Position numbers and translations under genes: made by a program. A DNA stretch of 64,000 nt from Octopus vulgaris (taxonomy: Eukaryota), in assembly GCA_951406725.2 (NCBI GenBank), contig OX597816.1:45694001-45758000 (forward strand). The letters run 5' to 3'. Under the pieces are notes generated by a model, which was given only the letters and a program-made list of their open reading frames with translations, was not told the DNA's origin and did not search any database. Shown here in pieces: positions 13,138 through 25,293 of the stretch. Within the stretch, counting starts at the first letter, position 1, and the number at the start of each line of letters is the position of its first letter.

Positions 13138-13937
13138 TACACACAACAGGCTTTTTTCAGTTTCCATCAACCAAATCCAATCACAAGGCTGTAATCAACT
13201 TTGCCCGGACTTATCCCATGGAAGGGAACGTCTAGCTGCAAATATAAGGTCATTCATGACCAAAGCAGGTCTTTACTCTTTTACTGACACACATATATGC
13301 ATGTACACAAACATCATTGGCTGTGGCATCTCCCTTGCCATCCTCCAGAGCAACACCTTTTCCATTTAGTTTGCTGAGACCATGAGGCAGTTTGAAGTAC
13401 AGGAAATCAAGAGAATGCAAAAATTTCATAGTTTACTACACAAGGTTAGTCTGACCTAGTAAAAAGAGAAATAGAATGAATAATACAATGAAGTGAAGGT
13501 AAACCATGCCATACCTATCACAGTGTAACACCTCCCCCCACCCCACATCTTTGGTTTATAAGTGTCATTTCTTATTTACTTATAGCTAGAAATCAAAGGT
13601 AAAAACTCTTCTCTTCAAACTTTGCTTTTGTGACCTGGGCATCAATGTTTTGAAATTGACCTATTTCCTATTACATTTGAGACACATTCAGTGCTGAGTT
13701 GCTGAAGCAGAAATATTATAGCAAATATTCTGCTCAATGTCACAAATTTGTTTTTCAGTTGCTTGACCATAACCACCTGAGCATGTCCCATAGTGGCAAA
13801 CGATATGTGCATCTCTGATCCTGAGCAGCAGGGAGGGTATCATAGCCATGTGTTGAGAAAGATTCTTCAAACTTATACGATCTGCTTAGTAAAAAACTAA
13901 GTCTTGAAAATGCACATTTGAAGTTGGTTTTTCTATT

Positions 13938-14190
13938 TCATCATCATCGTTTAACGTCCGCTTTCCATGCTAGCATGGGTTGGACGGTTCAACTGGGGTC
14001 TGGCAAGCTCGAAGGCTGCACCAAGCCAGTCAGATCTGGCAGTGTTTCTACAGCTGGATGCCCTTCCTAACGCCAACCACTCCGAGAGTGTAGTGGGTGA
14101 TTTTATGTGCCACCGACACAGGTGCCAGGCGAGGCTGGCAGACAGCCATGCTCGGATGGTGTTTTTATGTGCCACCGACAGGTGCCAGAC
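13938..14190 (-). mobile_element. SINE family B
   Basis: Matches 10776-11018 and 29803-30190. Confidence 0.85.
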
Positions 14191-14192
14191 GA

Positions 14193-14234
<42 letters not shown>

Positions 14235-14719
14235 CAAGCTCCATATATAGCAACATACTGCGATAGGCTATACACCATTCACTCTTTGTAATCTGTGTCT
14301 CTAAAGCCAGCTTGTTTTACTCAATATTTTCATTATGTAACTTCTAAAACAACTTAGGTGGAAAAATTAGCACACATCCAAAATTCCTAGCTGGTGTTAT
14401 TAAGGGTTAAATAATAAATAATCTGGGGTTTACAGCAATTCTAAATGTATTACATCACAATGTGAAAGTTCTGCTGCTTCTTCCCCCTAACCACCCTGGT
14501 GATTAAACTACCAAAAAGTTACAAACAGCCATTTTCATACCACCGGTGTTTTTCATTAATAACTACACAACCCCCCCCCCCATCTCTCTTTCTCTATCCT
14601 AACTTCACTGCTTCTACTCTTTTTATCATCTTTTTTTTTTACCTTTCACACACTATTTCCACTACCTTTAATTACATTCCTCTCCCCACTCCTCTATCAT
14701 TCCCTTTGCATGCCTGTCT

Positions 14720-14812
14720 GTCTGTGTGAGTGAGTGTCTGTGTGAGTGAGTGTCTGTGTGAGTGAGTGTCTGTGTGAGTGAGTGTCTGTGTGAGTGAGTG
14801 TCTGTGTGTGTG
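14720..14812. repeat. 16-bp repeat gtgagtgagtgtctgt, about 5 copies
   Basis: Directly visible. Confidence 0.9.
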
Positions 14813-14967
14813 TAATTATTTATTTTGTAAATACAGAAAGAATGCATTTTCATGCAAAGCTTACTAAAAGTGCTCAATAGATTTCAATATCTTAAATTGC
14901 ACAAAATTCCTAGAGCCATATGTATACATGTGTGTGTGTGTGTGTGTGTCTATATATATATATATAT

Positions 14968-15186
14968 AGTTAATCCAAACAAGAAAGCACAAAAAAACAC
15001 AACAACGCAAGGACATGGAACAAATATAGTATTATTGGACGCTCAGGAAAGAAGGAAAGAAGGAGGGTTTAATGTTTCGAGCGGAGCTCTTCATCGGAAA
15101 CATAGGAGAAGGAAAGATCCAGAGAAGGGAAGACAGAGGGAAAAAAAACAAAAATCCCCAACGGTACATACGCGGTCACATTTTGA
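14968..15186 (-). mobile_element. Penelope-like terminal fragment with minimal hammerhead-like motif, in (TA)n
   Basis: Minus strand gttt-CCGATGA-a-GAGC-tcc-GCTC-GAAA-catt-aaac (about 15068-15101); TA runs on both sides. Confidence 0.6.
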
Positions 15187-15231
<45 letters not shown>

Positions 15232-15462
15232 CACACAAACTTTCCTCTATGTCATTTAATCGCTAACACTTGCCTACCTGTATGTCACAGCCACCTCTTC
15301 TACCTATATACACACAAACACGCACTCACATATACACACACGAAAACCTAATTTCTGTCTGTCTCTCTTTCTCTGTGTATGCACGTGTGTCTGTGTGTGC
15401 ACGTGTGGGGAGAGAGAGGAGGAGGGAGAGAAACATAATCAAGTCACTTCTCTACATATGTC

Positions 15463-15527
<65 letters not shown>

Positions 15528-16124
15528 GTATGCATACACACACACACACCCATCTTTAACTCCATCTCTCTCGCTCTCTATTTCTCAATACCATGTCCGT
15601 CTTCCTGACACCATCCTCTCTTCCTCACGCCACACCACAATCATTCCAGTGGTAGGCAGTGGTGCAGCTAGAGGAATCAATAGATGCACAAGTGTTGCCA
15701 GTGAATTAGAAGAGACAGTGAGTGAGAGAGAGAGAGAGAGAGAGAGAGATTAAATGGAAAGAGTAACAGAGAAGCACAGAAGGGGGGAGGGGCAGGATGT
15801 TATTGTGTACAGCGTGAAAAAATGAAGAAGACCAAAATACATATAAGTTGAGAGATGATAGTCACAGAGTAGAAGTATTGAGCAAGAAAACGGTAACTAG
15901 GTGGCATTGCCAACAGCAACAAGCTGGCAACAATACAATGGTAATGATGACGGTGATGAAGATGATGATGGAGGTGGTGATGATACAGGAATGCTCCAAG
16001 AACAATGAACTAAAAGTGGTGAAATTATTTCAAATCTAAACTGAAGAAGCATCCAAATGCATGCACACACACACACACACAAAGGCATGCAAACACACAG
16101 ATACATGAATGCAGATACCATATA

Positions 16125-16352
16125 TATTTCTTTATTGCCCACAAGGGGCTAAACATAGAGGGGACAAACAAGGACAGACAAACGGATTAAGTCGTTTACA
16201 CCCCCCCCCCCCCCCAGTGCGTAACTGGTACTTTATTTATCAATCCCGAAAGGATGAAAGGCAAAGTTGGCCTCAGCGGAATTTGAACTCAGAACATAAC
16301 GACAGACGAAATACGCCTACGCATTTCGCCCGGCGTGCTAAGGTTTCTGCCA
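16125..16352 (-). mobile_element. SINE family C
   Basis: tttctttattgcccacaaggggctaaac..cgaaaggatgaaaggcaaag..tttgaactcagaac..cggcgtgctaa; matches 27520-27756. Confidence 0.85.
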
Positions 16353-16558
16353 GATACCATATTTATGCACACACATGAAATATAAGACATTTTTGTGTTT
16401 TGGGGTTTTGCACCACCGCAATATGTAAAAAGAAATAAAGAAAAGAAAAAAGAAAAAAAAAACTATGTGAACTTCACAATATTACAGTAACACTCACCAA
16501 CACACACCTACTATCAAGGAAAATACACAAAGAATTTGCAAAGCAAAATATATTTTAA

Positions 16559-16778
16559 CTCTTTTGTATTTAAACTGGCCGTGTCTAGCCCAAATATTCC
16601 TGTTTTATGTTCAAACTTGGCCAGATCCAGGCTCTCACACCTACTCTACAACATCATTCTAAAAATAAACAAACACATCATTGAAATCTTGATATTACAA
16701 GAGAATGCATGATTAATTCAAAACAATGTGGATGAGCAGGCATTACATTTTTCATAGAGCAATCTGAATGCTAAAGTG
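16559..16778. mobile_element. TTAA-flanked MITE (piggyBac-like), decayed
   Basis: TTAA-ctcttttgtattta ... tgaatgctaaagtg-TTAA; degenerate CCCTTTAGCATT-type TIR. Confidence 0.6.
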
Positions 16779-17504
16779 TTAAATCAATTTAGTATATGAG
16801 CAAAATATAAACAAATAAATTTAATAGAAGCACAGCTACAAAAAAGCCAAACAATACATTCTAGGTTGATTAGGTGCTGCTGTATTGCTATTTGACTTCA
16901 CATTACTCTAATCTACACTACAGTCTCTACCTTTTTTCATATCATTGACCTCATCACAGAACTTCTCAATGCACACAGCACGGTGTAAAGAGCATGTTAT
17001 AACCACTGAAATGTTGTAATCTTGATAAAGGCAGAAATTTTAGCATATTGGATAAAGTACCCTTGCAGTATGTTTAATTATGGTCTGAGTTCAAATCTTG
17101 CTGGAGTTTTTTTTTTTTTAAACTTTCATACTTAGGGTGGGGATTATTCGAGAACTGGTGTCAATATAATCAGCTGTTCTCACCTGAAGATATCAAGAAG
17201 GCAGATCACTGACTTGCAAATATCTTTGTATGCTTAAGGGTCAAACAATTGACTATACTGAAAAATAATAGTGTGGCTGTACACGCACACTATTATTCAG
17301 AAGTATGTTTTGAAACCGCATAGTTTCGGGCTCAGCTTTACTGTGTGATACCTTGGGTAAAGCCTTAAGCCAATCAATGCCTTGAATTAATTTATTAAAT
17401 TGGTAGGTGGAAACTATACACAGCCTGCCATATGCGCATGCACAGGTACATCTGTGTGCATGCATACACAAGTATGTGTATGTGCATGTGTTAATGCTTA
17501 TATT

Positions 17505-17872
17505 ACTCTCTTTACTCTTTTACTTGTTTCAGTCATATGACTGTGGCCATGCTGGAGCACCGCCTTTAGTCGAGCAAATCAACCCCAGGACTTATTCTTT
17601 GTAAGCCTAGTACTTATTCTATCAGTCTCTTCTGCCGAACCGCTAAGCTACAGGGACGTAAACACACCACCATCGGTTGTCAAGCAATGTTGGGGGGACA
17701 AACACAGACACATACATATATATATATACAATGGGCTTCTTCCAGTTTCCATCTACCAAATCCACTCGGCCCAAGGCTATAGAAGAAGACACTTGCCCAA
17801 GGTGCCACGCAGTGGGAATGAACCCAGAACCATATGGTTGGTAAGCAAGCTACTTACCACACAGCTACTCCA
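17505..17872 (-). mobile_element. SINE family A, near full length
   Basis: All family blocks present; a decayed plus-strand copy sits just upstream at about 17270-17430. Confidence 0.88.
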
Positions 17873-19419
17873 TTCTTCACTTTGCATAGAAAAAAAAAAA
17901 AAAACCTAAGAATGGCAAGTGATTGTTGGCATTTCTTTGTCATTAACTCATCAAGTAACTCTCAGAGGAAAAGAAAATGAGAATAAAAACTCTCTCACTT
18001 GAAAAACAAACAAAGGTTATCAACAGGCATGGTAACCAACTGGCTGTAAAACAATGCCTAAATAATCCTATATTTATCTAACACATGGAAAACAGGTGTA
18101 AAATTAATGAACAAGAGTAGTAGTGGTGGTGGTAGTGATGATGTAAGAAGAAGAAGAAGAAGAATAGGCTATGAGAACTGCTACCCAAAGCAAACAGTAA
18201 CAGGGTAAATAAAGTCATGAGGTAAACGGTGTGAGAATTTATAAATATTAAATTTCCTGACTGTTATTATTTTAAGGCTATAGATTGCAAAAGTTCGTAG
18301 AGCATCACATGACAGACTTTCATGCATAAAACAGATTAAATGTGCTGAATAATTGCTCGTTCAAAGCAACAGCAATATGGAATGAAAGAGCCAGCATGAG
18401 TTTACTATAGAGCAAAGAAAATATGGCATCTGAACTCTTTAGAAACCATATATGCTACCGTCTTTTAGAATAAAAGGGATACAGTTTGGATAATATCCCT
18501 GGATATATTTGTCTTCAAATATGATAGAATGGCTTTGACTGAAACACTTTGATTACAACAATGAGGGTCTATGCAATGAGGTTGGCCTGATGAACACAGC
18601 AACAGTAACAACAAGATTCAGTATATGACTGCCTACTTCAGTTTGGAACTAATGATTGGTCATACCAAGCGTCAAGCATCTTATCTTCCAATTTCTTACA
18701 ATCTCAAGCTAAGACTTTCTGACAACCCCACTACAATATGCTATCTTGTAACATAAAAAAGAGCCCCCTTTTTATATAGCTCTCCCACCAGGTCACATAT
18801 CTAGAAAGATCCAATATAAGCATTATCCATTCAAAGCAAACAAAAAAATGGGGCAGTATGTGATAAGATGGACATTTGGCTGCTATTTCTAGCAGATTGT
18901 GTGATTATAAATAGAATTTTTCATTGTCTCTTTAGTTCTATTTCTAATCTCACCTCATTGCCCATCCTTTGACACTAACCATTCGGGGGGAAAATACAGC
19001 ATTTGATCTGATGCAAACACATCTCTTCTCACTCTCTCTCCCTCTTCCAAACATCTTGGTTGAAGGTACATTGGTCACTGTAATAACTAAAGTTACTACA
19101 AGTGTCATTAAAGATTTAAAACATTTATGATGACAGAAAGAAAACTCTTCTTTAAACATAAGAATGGTAATATATTCAGGTAATGTTAGCTGGCTAGTGT
19201 GTTTGTGTATAAATTTGCATATGGAACTGTGTGTATTTAATAGAAGAGGACACAGAAAAATGCTCACAGAGAGAGAGAGAGAGAGAAAGAAGAGGCAAAG
19301 AAATGGAATGATACAGACAATCAAACCTACACATAGATACGGCCTGAGAGGCAAACAAACACAGACAAATACAGGTGAGTAAACATGGATTGACACACAC
19401 AGAGGAAGACACTGGTTAT

Positions 19420-20645
19420 CATACGGGCAAGTATGCACCAACACACAGGTGTACATTGACACATATCTTAGTGTGTACCAACATGAGCAAGTATGCACCA
19501 ATCCATGGACAAGTACCATAAATCCTTGAGTATAATCCGCATTTTTTCCCCAAAATTTGAAGATCAAAATCCCTAGTGCGTACTATATATGAGGTTAAAA
19601 ATGATAATTATTTCCTAAGCAATGTCCGAGTCTCTATTTGCTGTCTGGCAATGTTTACTCAGATGCATTTGGGCGCAAAAATATCTTAAGCTAAGCCTGA
19701 AAGCAATGAAGTCATAAAAGAATCATCTATAACTTGCAGTAAGCAACATTCATTAAACATTATTACTGTTATTACTATTATTTCTTTATTTTCTGCTAAA
19801 AAAATGCACAAAACAGATACATGTTTGCATTATGTTATATGTACAATAATAATAAAGGACATTACCATATATATTTTTACAAACCAAGGATGTTATATAG
19901 ACCTCCTTGACTCAAGTTAGAGAAGGGGTGCATATTATACACAAGGTTTAGGCTTTTCAGAGGTACAGCCCCCAAAAATCCCCTGCGTATTATACTCAAG
20001 GGCGGGCTATACTCGAGGATTTATGGTATGTCCTGACACATAAGTGTGCATTAACACGAGCAAGTGCACACTGAAAGATGAGCAAGCATGACCCAATGCA
20101 TGGGTAAATGTGCATCACTGCATATGCAAGTATGCACCAATCCATGGACAAGTCTGCCTTGACACATAAGTGTGTACTAACACGAGCAAGTGTGCACTGA
20201 AAGATGAGCAAGTATGACACAATGCATGGGTAAATGTGCATCACTGCATGTGCAAGTATGCAGTAATCCATGGACAAGTATGCCCTGACACATAAGTGTG
20301 TACTAATATGAGCAAGTGTGCACTGAAAGATGAGCAAGTATGGCCCAATGCACATCAATGCATGTGCAAGTATGCACCAATATATGGGCAAGTGTACATC
20401 AATGCACATGCAAGTTTACAGTGTAGTGCAAGTGTGCAGTAATGCATAGGTAAATATATGTCAATATATATGCAAGTGTATCAGTGTAATGTAAGTGTGC
20501 AGTGTATGTGCAATTATGCACTAGTGTATATACAGGTGATGTGCATCAATATGTGCACCAATGCATGGAGAAATTGCACCAATCTCTGGGCAAGTGTACA
20601 TCAATGCATATGCAAGTGTACAGTGTAGCACAAGCAGGTGTGCAA
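19420..20645. repeat. About 21-bp-monomer minisatellite with a 126-bp higher-order repeat, interrupted by a MITE
   Basis: gacacataag recurs at 20035, 20161 and 20287; monomer like gcaagtgtgcaccaatgcatg. Confidence 0.85.
19516..20026. mobile_element. Tc1/mariner-pogo-type MITE
   Basis: TIRs ccataaatccttgagtata / tatactcgaggatttatgg (18 of 19 match); TA on both sides (19514-15 and 20027-28). Confidence 0.88.
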
Positions 20646-20760
20646 TGTCCTGTAAATGGTCTTCCTTTCCTTCTTTCTGACTTCTACAACCTCAGCTGTA
20701 ATTTTTCCTCTCTCCTACACATCTACAAGGACATAGATATATATATATATATATATATAT

Positions 20761-21046
20761 GGAGGTGCAATGGCCCAGTGGTTAGGTCGCAGGACCGCGG
20801 TTTCGATTCCCAGACCAGGCGTTGTTAGTGTTTATTGAGCGAAAACACCTAAAAAGCTCCACGAGGCTCCAGCAGAGGTGGTGGCGATCCCTGCTGTACT
20901 CTTTCGCCACAACTTTCTCTCACTCTTTCTTCTGTTGGCCTGCTCGCTTAGCCAGCGGGGTGGCGTCATTTGAAGGCTAAAACAATGCGAAGCGCATTGT
21001 GACCAGCGATGTGTAACAACATCTGATAGCCTGGTCGGTCACGGTG
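20761..21046 (+). mobile_element. tRNA-headed SINE family D, in (TA)n
   Basis: ggaggtgcaaTGGCCCAGTGG..GGTTTCGATTCCc head; body shared with 63092-63394. Confidence 0.8.
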
Positions 21047-21089
<43 letters not shown>

Positions 21090-21451
21090 ATGTATATATG
21101 AACATAATTATGTATACACATTCATGTATATATACACTCACACACGCACATATATACACATAGGAATTTCATTTTCTTACACACTTTTTTTATAAACTGC
21201 ACAGGCACAAATGAATTCCTGAAATAAAAAATCCAGTGGCATATCCCCGCCATGCTGTTGATGACATCAGGTGGCCGAATACTGTCAACAGGCTTTAAAC
21301 AGCACACTACAAGGTGTATACCTGAATATAAGATTATAACACACCCACACACACACTGGGGGTGTACTTGCCAAGCAAATTATAGTGACCTACTGCACTG
21401 ATTAGACAAAGCACCAAGGAAAGTCTAAGTAGAGCAGCTAGCACACACACA

Positions 21452-21493
<42 letters not shown>

Positions 21494-22185
21494 AATATGA
21501 TATAATAGATTACATCATTAGCTTAGCTAATGACGTCACTAGGCTGGTTTTACACCCTTAAGTAGTTGGTAAGTAGTCACAGTCAGTTGCTCCTTGGTGT
21601 GACGACAGTGTGGAGCAGTGAATGGGTGGGGTGAATAAAACGGAATTAAGACGTTGGTTGTAGTGTGTGTGTGTGTGTGTGTGTTGGTCACAAAAGTGGT
21701 GGTGGTGGCGGCGATGGTGAGGTTGGTGGAAAAGTTAGCTATAATCAACGATGACGATGTCAAATGTGTGTAAATCAACCTTCATCAAACAAAAAAAAAA
21801 ATCTATAATAAATGGCTATTCCAGCCGTGGCCATCCTTCCTTCCTTCCTTAAAGTAATGTAGATCTTTATTCTTCAATGTTTCCTTCCTTACACCTAAGA
21901 CGGTGGGAGAACAGAAGACGAAGGAATTCTTGGCTGCTGTTTCTAGTGTAACGAGCGACTACGTTGGAACCTCCCGTCGTTCGTTCTTGTTTAGTCCCAG
22001 GCCAGGCCAGGCCAAGCAGATAATATGATCAAAGCCATTCCAGCAGTTGTCACCTAGCATTCTTACCCGGAACCATATTAGCCAACGTGTATTTTTTTTC
22101 TTTCTTTCTTTCTTTTCTTCTTTTTTTTTTTGACCGATTGATTTGAAGGAATCCTACTATTATTTCCAGCAGGCCAGGTGACTAT

Positions 22186-22230
<45 letters not shown>

Positions 22231-22419
22231 TGAGAGAAAGAGAGAGAGAGAGAGAGTAATGATTTAATGGCCATAGTGAAGTTGCCGAACAATAACAATA
22301 AATGATGATGATGGTGGTGGTGGTGATGCTATCGGCTGCTGACAACGATTATGATGGTGATGAGATACATGGCGATTGTTATTCATGAAGTAGGTGATGA
22401 TGGAGGCAGTAAGACTGGT

Positions 22420-22712
22420 AAAGGTGGTAGCGGAGACGGGGATAGACGTAGTGAAGGTGGCGGCGGCGACGAGGATAGACGTAGAGAAGGTGGCGGAGAC
22501 GGGATAGACGTAGTGAAGGTTGCGGCGACGAGGATAGACGTAGTGAAAGTGGCGGCGGCCACGGGGATAGACGTAGTGAACGTGGCGGCGACGGGGATAG
22601 ACGATGTGAAGGTGGCGGCGACGGGGATAGACGATGTGATGGTGGCGGCGACGGGGATAGACGTAGCGAAGGTGGCGGCGACGGGGATAGACGAAGTGAT
22701 GGTGGCGATGGA
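22420..22712. repeat. 30/33-bp CpG-rich minisatellite, about 9 copies
   Basis: Unit gacgtagtgaaggtggcggcgacggggata. Confidence 0.93.
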
Positions 22713-23395
22713 TAAGAGCAGCAGAAACGTTAAGGCAAATAGCGCTAGCAGCAATTGTTGTTGGCGGTGGTGGTGGTGAGGCCGGCGGCAATGGTAGCAA
22801 AGGAAGCTAGAGGCGCGAGGTGTATTAAGTGGTGAATTGATCCGACTTAATGATATTTAAGACAGATTTAAACAGGTAAACTGTACTAATGAAACACACA
22901 CAGAGACACACACCTTATGAGTGTGTATATGTTTGTATAAACAGCTTGGATAAACTCTACCACCAGCTGACGCAAAAATAACAATTTAACATCCGTAATG
23001 ACCGAATAAAAAGGATACACATACATACATACATAACACCATTAACACGTTGTCTAAAGCATGACAAAAATAGAGAGAGAGATCATTCGTTTGACTAACA
23101 GACATATAGATATATTTCGGCTAACAACAACAAAGGAGGAAACAATACGGCTATTTTGAGTTATAGAAATCACAGCAAAAAAAAAAAAAAAAAGAAATAG
23201 CCAAAGCAATGAAAACAAACCGCAAAAATAAACTGCTGTGGAGCTGTTAACGCAGTTGTCGATTATTTTTCCTTTCTACACTATATATATATATTTTTTT
23301 ATTATTATTGTTTTTCTAACCTCAGAAGATACAATAACAGTAAATAGATATACATCTGTAATACCGAAGCTAATGCACATATATAACATAATACA

Positions 23396-24862
23396 ATGGA
23401 TACGAACAGCAATTTAAATCAATATCTCACTATCAGAACCTACGTGAAAAAACAAGCATTAAGGAATATTAACAGCAAGAATGAGGGAATTAGCGGACAG
23501 CCGATCGAAGAAATGCCTGAACCAAACGAAAACGGCACCAGTGTTCAGAGTGGCAGTAAAGAAAATCTTTCTGTAATCTTGAACAACCGAGAGTTCAGCC
23601 ATGGGATAAAAAATGGATGTATCGATGTGTTGATGAATAACAACAAGAATAAGCTATTAGAAGTCAGACAACAATTTGGACAGCAAAAAAGGATCGAAGA
23701 CTGCTCTAATCTCGAGAATAGTGTCCATGCCGATGATGATGATGATGGGGCGAATGATAGTGATGCGGGCAGTGACGAAGAACAAGATCTTACTTTCAGT
23801 GGAGAAAGCCAGCAAACATCAGAAGGGGAGGACAAAACTACGTATTACAGTACCACGAACAATGCCGAAACGAGTTCGATAACCGATGAGACAGACTTGA
23901 CTCTTCAAGCAAACAGTGATATGGAAGAAGACTGTGTAAACTTTACAGACGACAATGAACACTGGTATGTGGAAGAACCCACGTGGAAATATGTGTGGAA
24001 GCCAGATTCCGATAACGACAAGAAGAAAGGCGAATATGTCTGGACCAAAGTTAAAAGCGAAAACGGCGGCAAGGAGATTTATTGGGGAAATATACGAAAT
24101 ATGGAGGATGAATGGATACCGCAAACAGCTCCTGTTAAAGAGAAAAAAGGCTGGGTGCCGAAACTAATAGCAGGTAAAGAACATGGCGAAACTATCTGGT
24201 ACTACATGATGCCATACATACCCAAAACAGCTGAAGCTAGGAAACGAACATTGGAACACATTCCACAACTAATCAAAGATAAAGGGGCAAGCAGTTGGTT
24301 TTCTCAGTTGAAGTTTACGAAAACGGGAAATAAAACCGTCTGGTACTGCAAGCTAACACCGGCGCCTGAAGAACTAGAAGATAAAAAGAGCATTTCCTCA
24401 ACAACAACATCATCATCATCAACATCAACACGGATTAATAGTAATAATGGTCCAATGTTGGTTGCTGCTCCTGTAATACTTCCCCTACCAGAAATTTCAG
24501 CTGCCAAGGAAGAAAAAACCAAAGATAAAAATTCTAATTTACCGGAACTGAGGAAAATAGCAGGTAAGCCGAGTCAGTGGTTTTCAAAGTTAATCAAAGA
24601 CACAGACAGCACTCAGGAACCAAAATGCAACCAAGCAACCAATGTTTCGTCAATACACGAACCTGTTCCTCGCAAAGTATCAGAAGAGGTAAGACACAAC
24701 AACTGCGATGCTAAAAAACACAATAAGCTTCAGTTACTGGAAAATATAACACCTTTCTCCAAAGAAACAGGCTTAAAAAAGAAAAAGACACAGACAGACA
24801 GTAAGAGTGTTTGGTACAAAGATGTTCTCCAAGAACCAGACGATTTCCATGACAAAGAATAA
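23396..24862 (+). CDS. 488-aa uncharacterised protein with single coding exon: acidic low-complexity N-half, Trp-rich repeated core, Lys/Glu-rich C-terminus
   Basis: Only long non-repetitive ORF in the window. In-frame TAA just upstream, good start context (acaATGG), candidate acceptor tttttctaacctcAG at 23325, AATAAA at 25288-25293. No TE protein motifs seen. Confidence 0.8.
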   Translation: MDTNSNLNQYLTIRTYVKKQALRNINSKNEGISGQPIEEMPEPNENGTSVQSGSKENLSVILNNREFSHGIKNGCIDVLMNNNKNKLLEVRQQFGQQKRIEDCSNLENSVHADDDDDGANDSDAGSDEEQDLTFSGESQQTSEGEDKTTYYSTTNNAETSSITDETDLTLQANSDMEEDCVNFTDDNEHWYVEEPTWKYVWKPDSDNDKKKGEYVWTKVKSENGGKEIYWGNIRNMEDEWIPQTAPVKEKKGWVPKLIAGKEHGETIWYYMMPYIPKTAEARKRTLEHIPQLIKDKGASSWFSQLKFTKTGNKTVWYCKLTPAPEELEDKKSISSTTTSSSSTSTRINSNNGPMLVAAPVILPLPEISAAKEEKTKDKNSNLPELRKIAGKPSQWFSKLIKDTDSTQEPKCNQATNVSSIHEPVPRKVSEEVRHNNCDAKKHNKLQLLENITPFSKETGLKKKKTQTDSKSVWYKDVLQEPDDFHDKE

Positions 24863-25287
24863 CGCACACACTCACGCACACACAAATGAAGGGCACTCGC
24901 GCACACACACTCACAAAACACACACTGCACTTGACTTAGCACTTTGCATGTCCTGCATATCATATGTGACACCCAGTACATATTTATCTGACATTCTTGT
25001 ATCAGATTAAATTGGGACTTCTGAAAGGAAAACTTTATATTACTCAGAACGTGTGAAACAAACTAAAAGTCTGAAAACAAGCGAGGAAGTTATGGGCAAA
25101 CTTAAGGATATGCCCTGGATGGGCAAAGGGTTAATGAATCGTGCTCTGTCTCCCTGGTATGGAAAGTAAACTAATCATGAAATATCAGTTAAGTAGAAAA
25201 AAAAAAGAGAAACTGCCTTAGCCAATTACATACATGCAAAAAAAAAACTCCCTATTTTGTCACTTTGGTTTCAAAAAAAGTTTGTAA

Positions 25288-25293
25288 AATAAA
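25288..25293 (+). terminator. Candidate polyadenylation signal of the 488-aa gene
   Basis: First AATAAA I saw after the stop codon, about 425 bp downstream. Confidence 0.4.

Noticed and set aside
18950-19080. Minus-strand segment with AG and GTGAG signals inside the 205-aa ORF
   Set aside because: In the FoxN-compatible frame it reaches TGA; the long ORF is stitched from repeats and a MITE end.
21180-21332. Minus-strand exon-like segment (LKPVDSIRPPDVINSMAG)
   Set aside because: Both candidate acceptors are followed by G, giving TAG after the FoxN donor; no recognisable homology.
23545-24981. Short ORFs overlapping the 488-aa CDS on either strand
   Set aside because: Shadow frames of the real CDS with no independent evidence.
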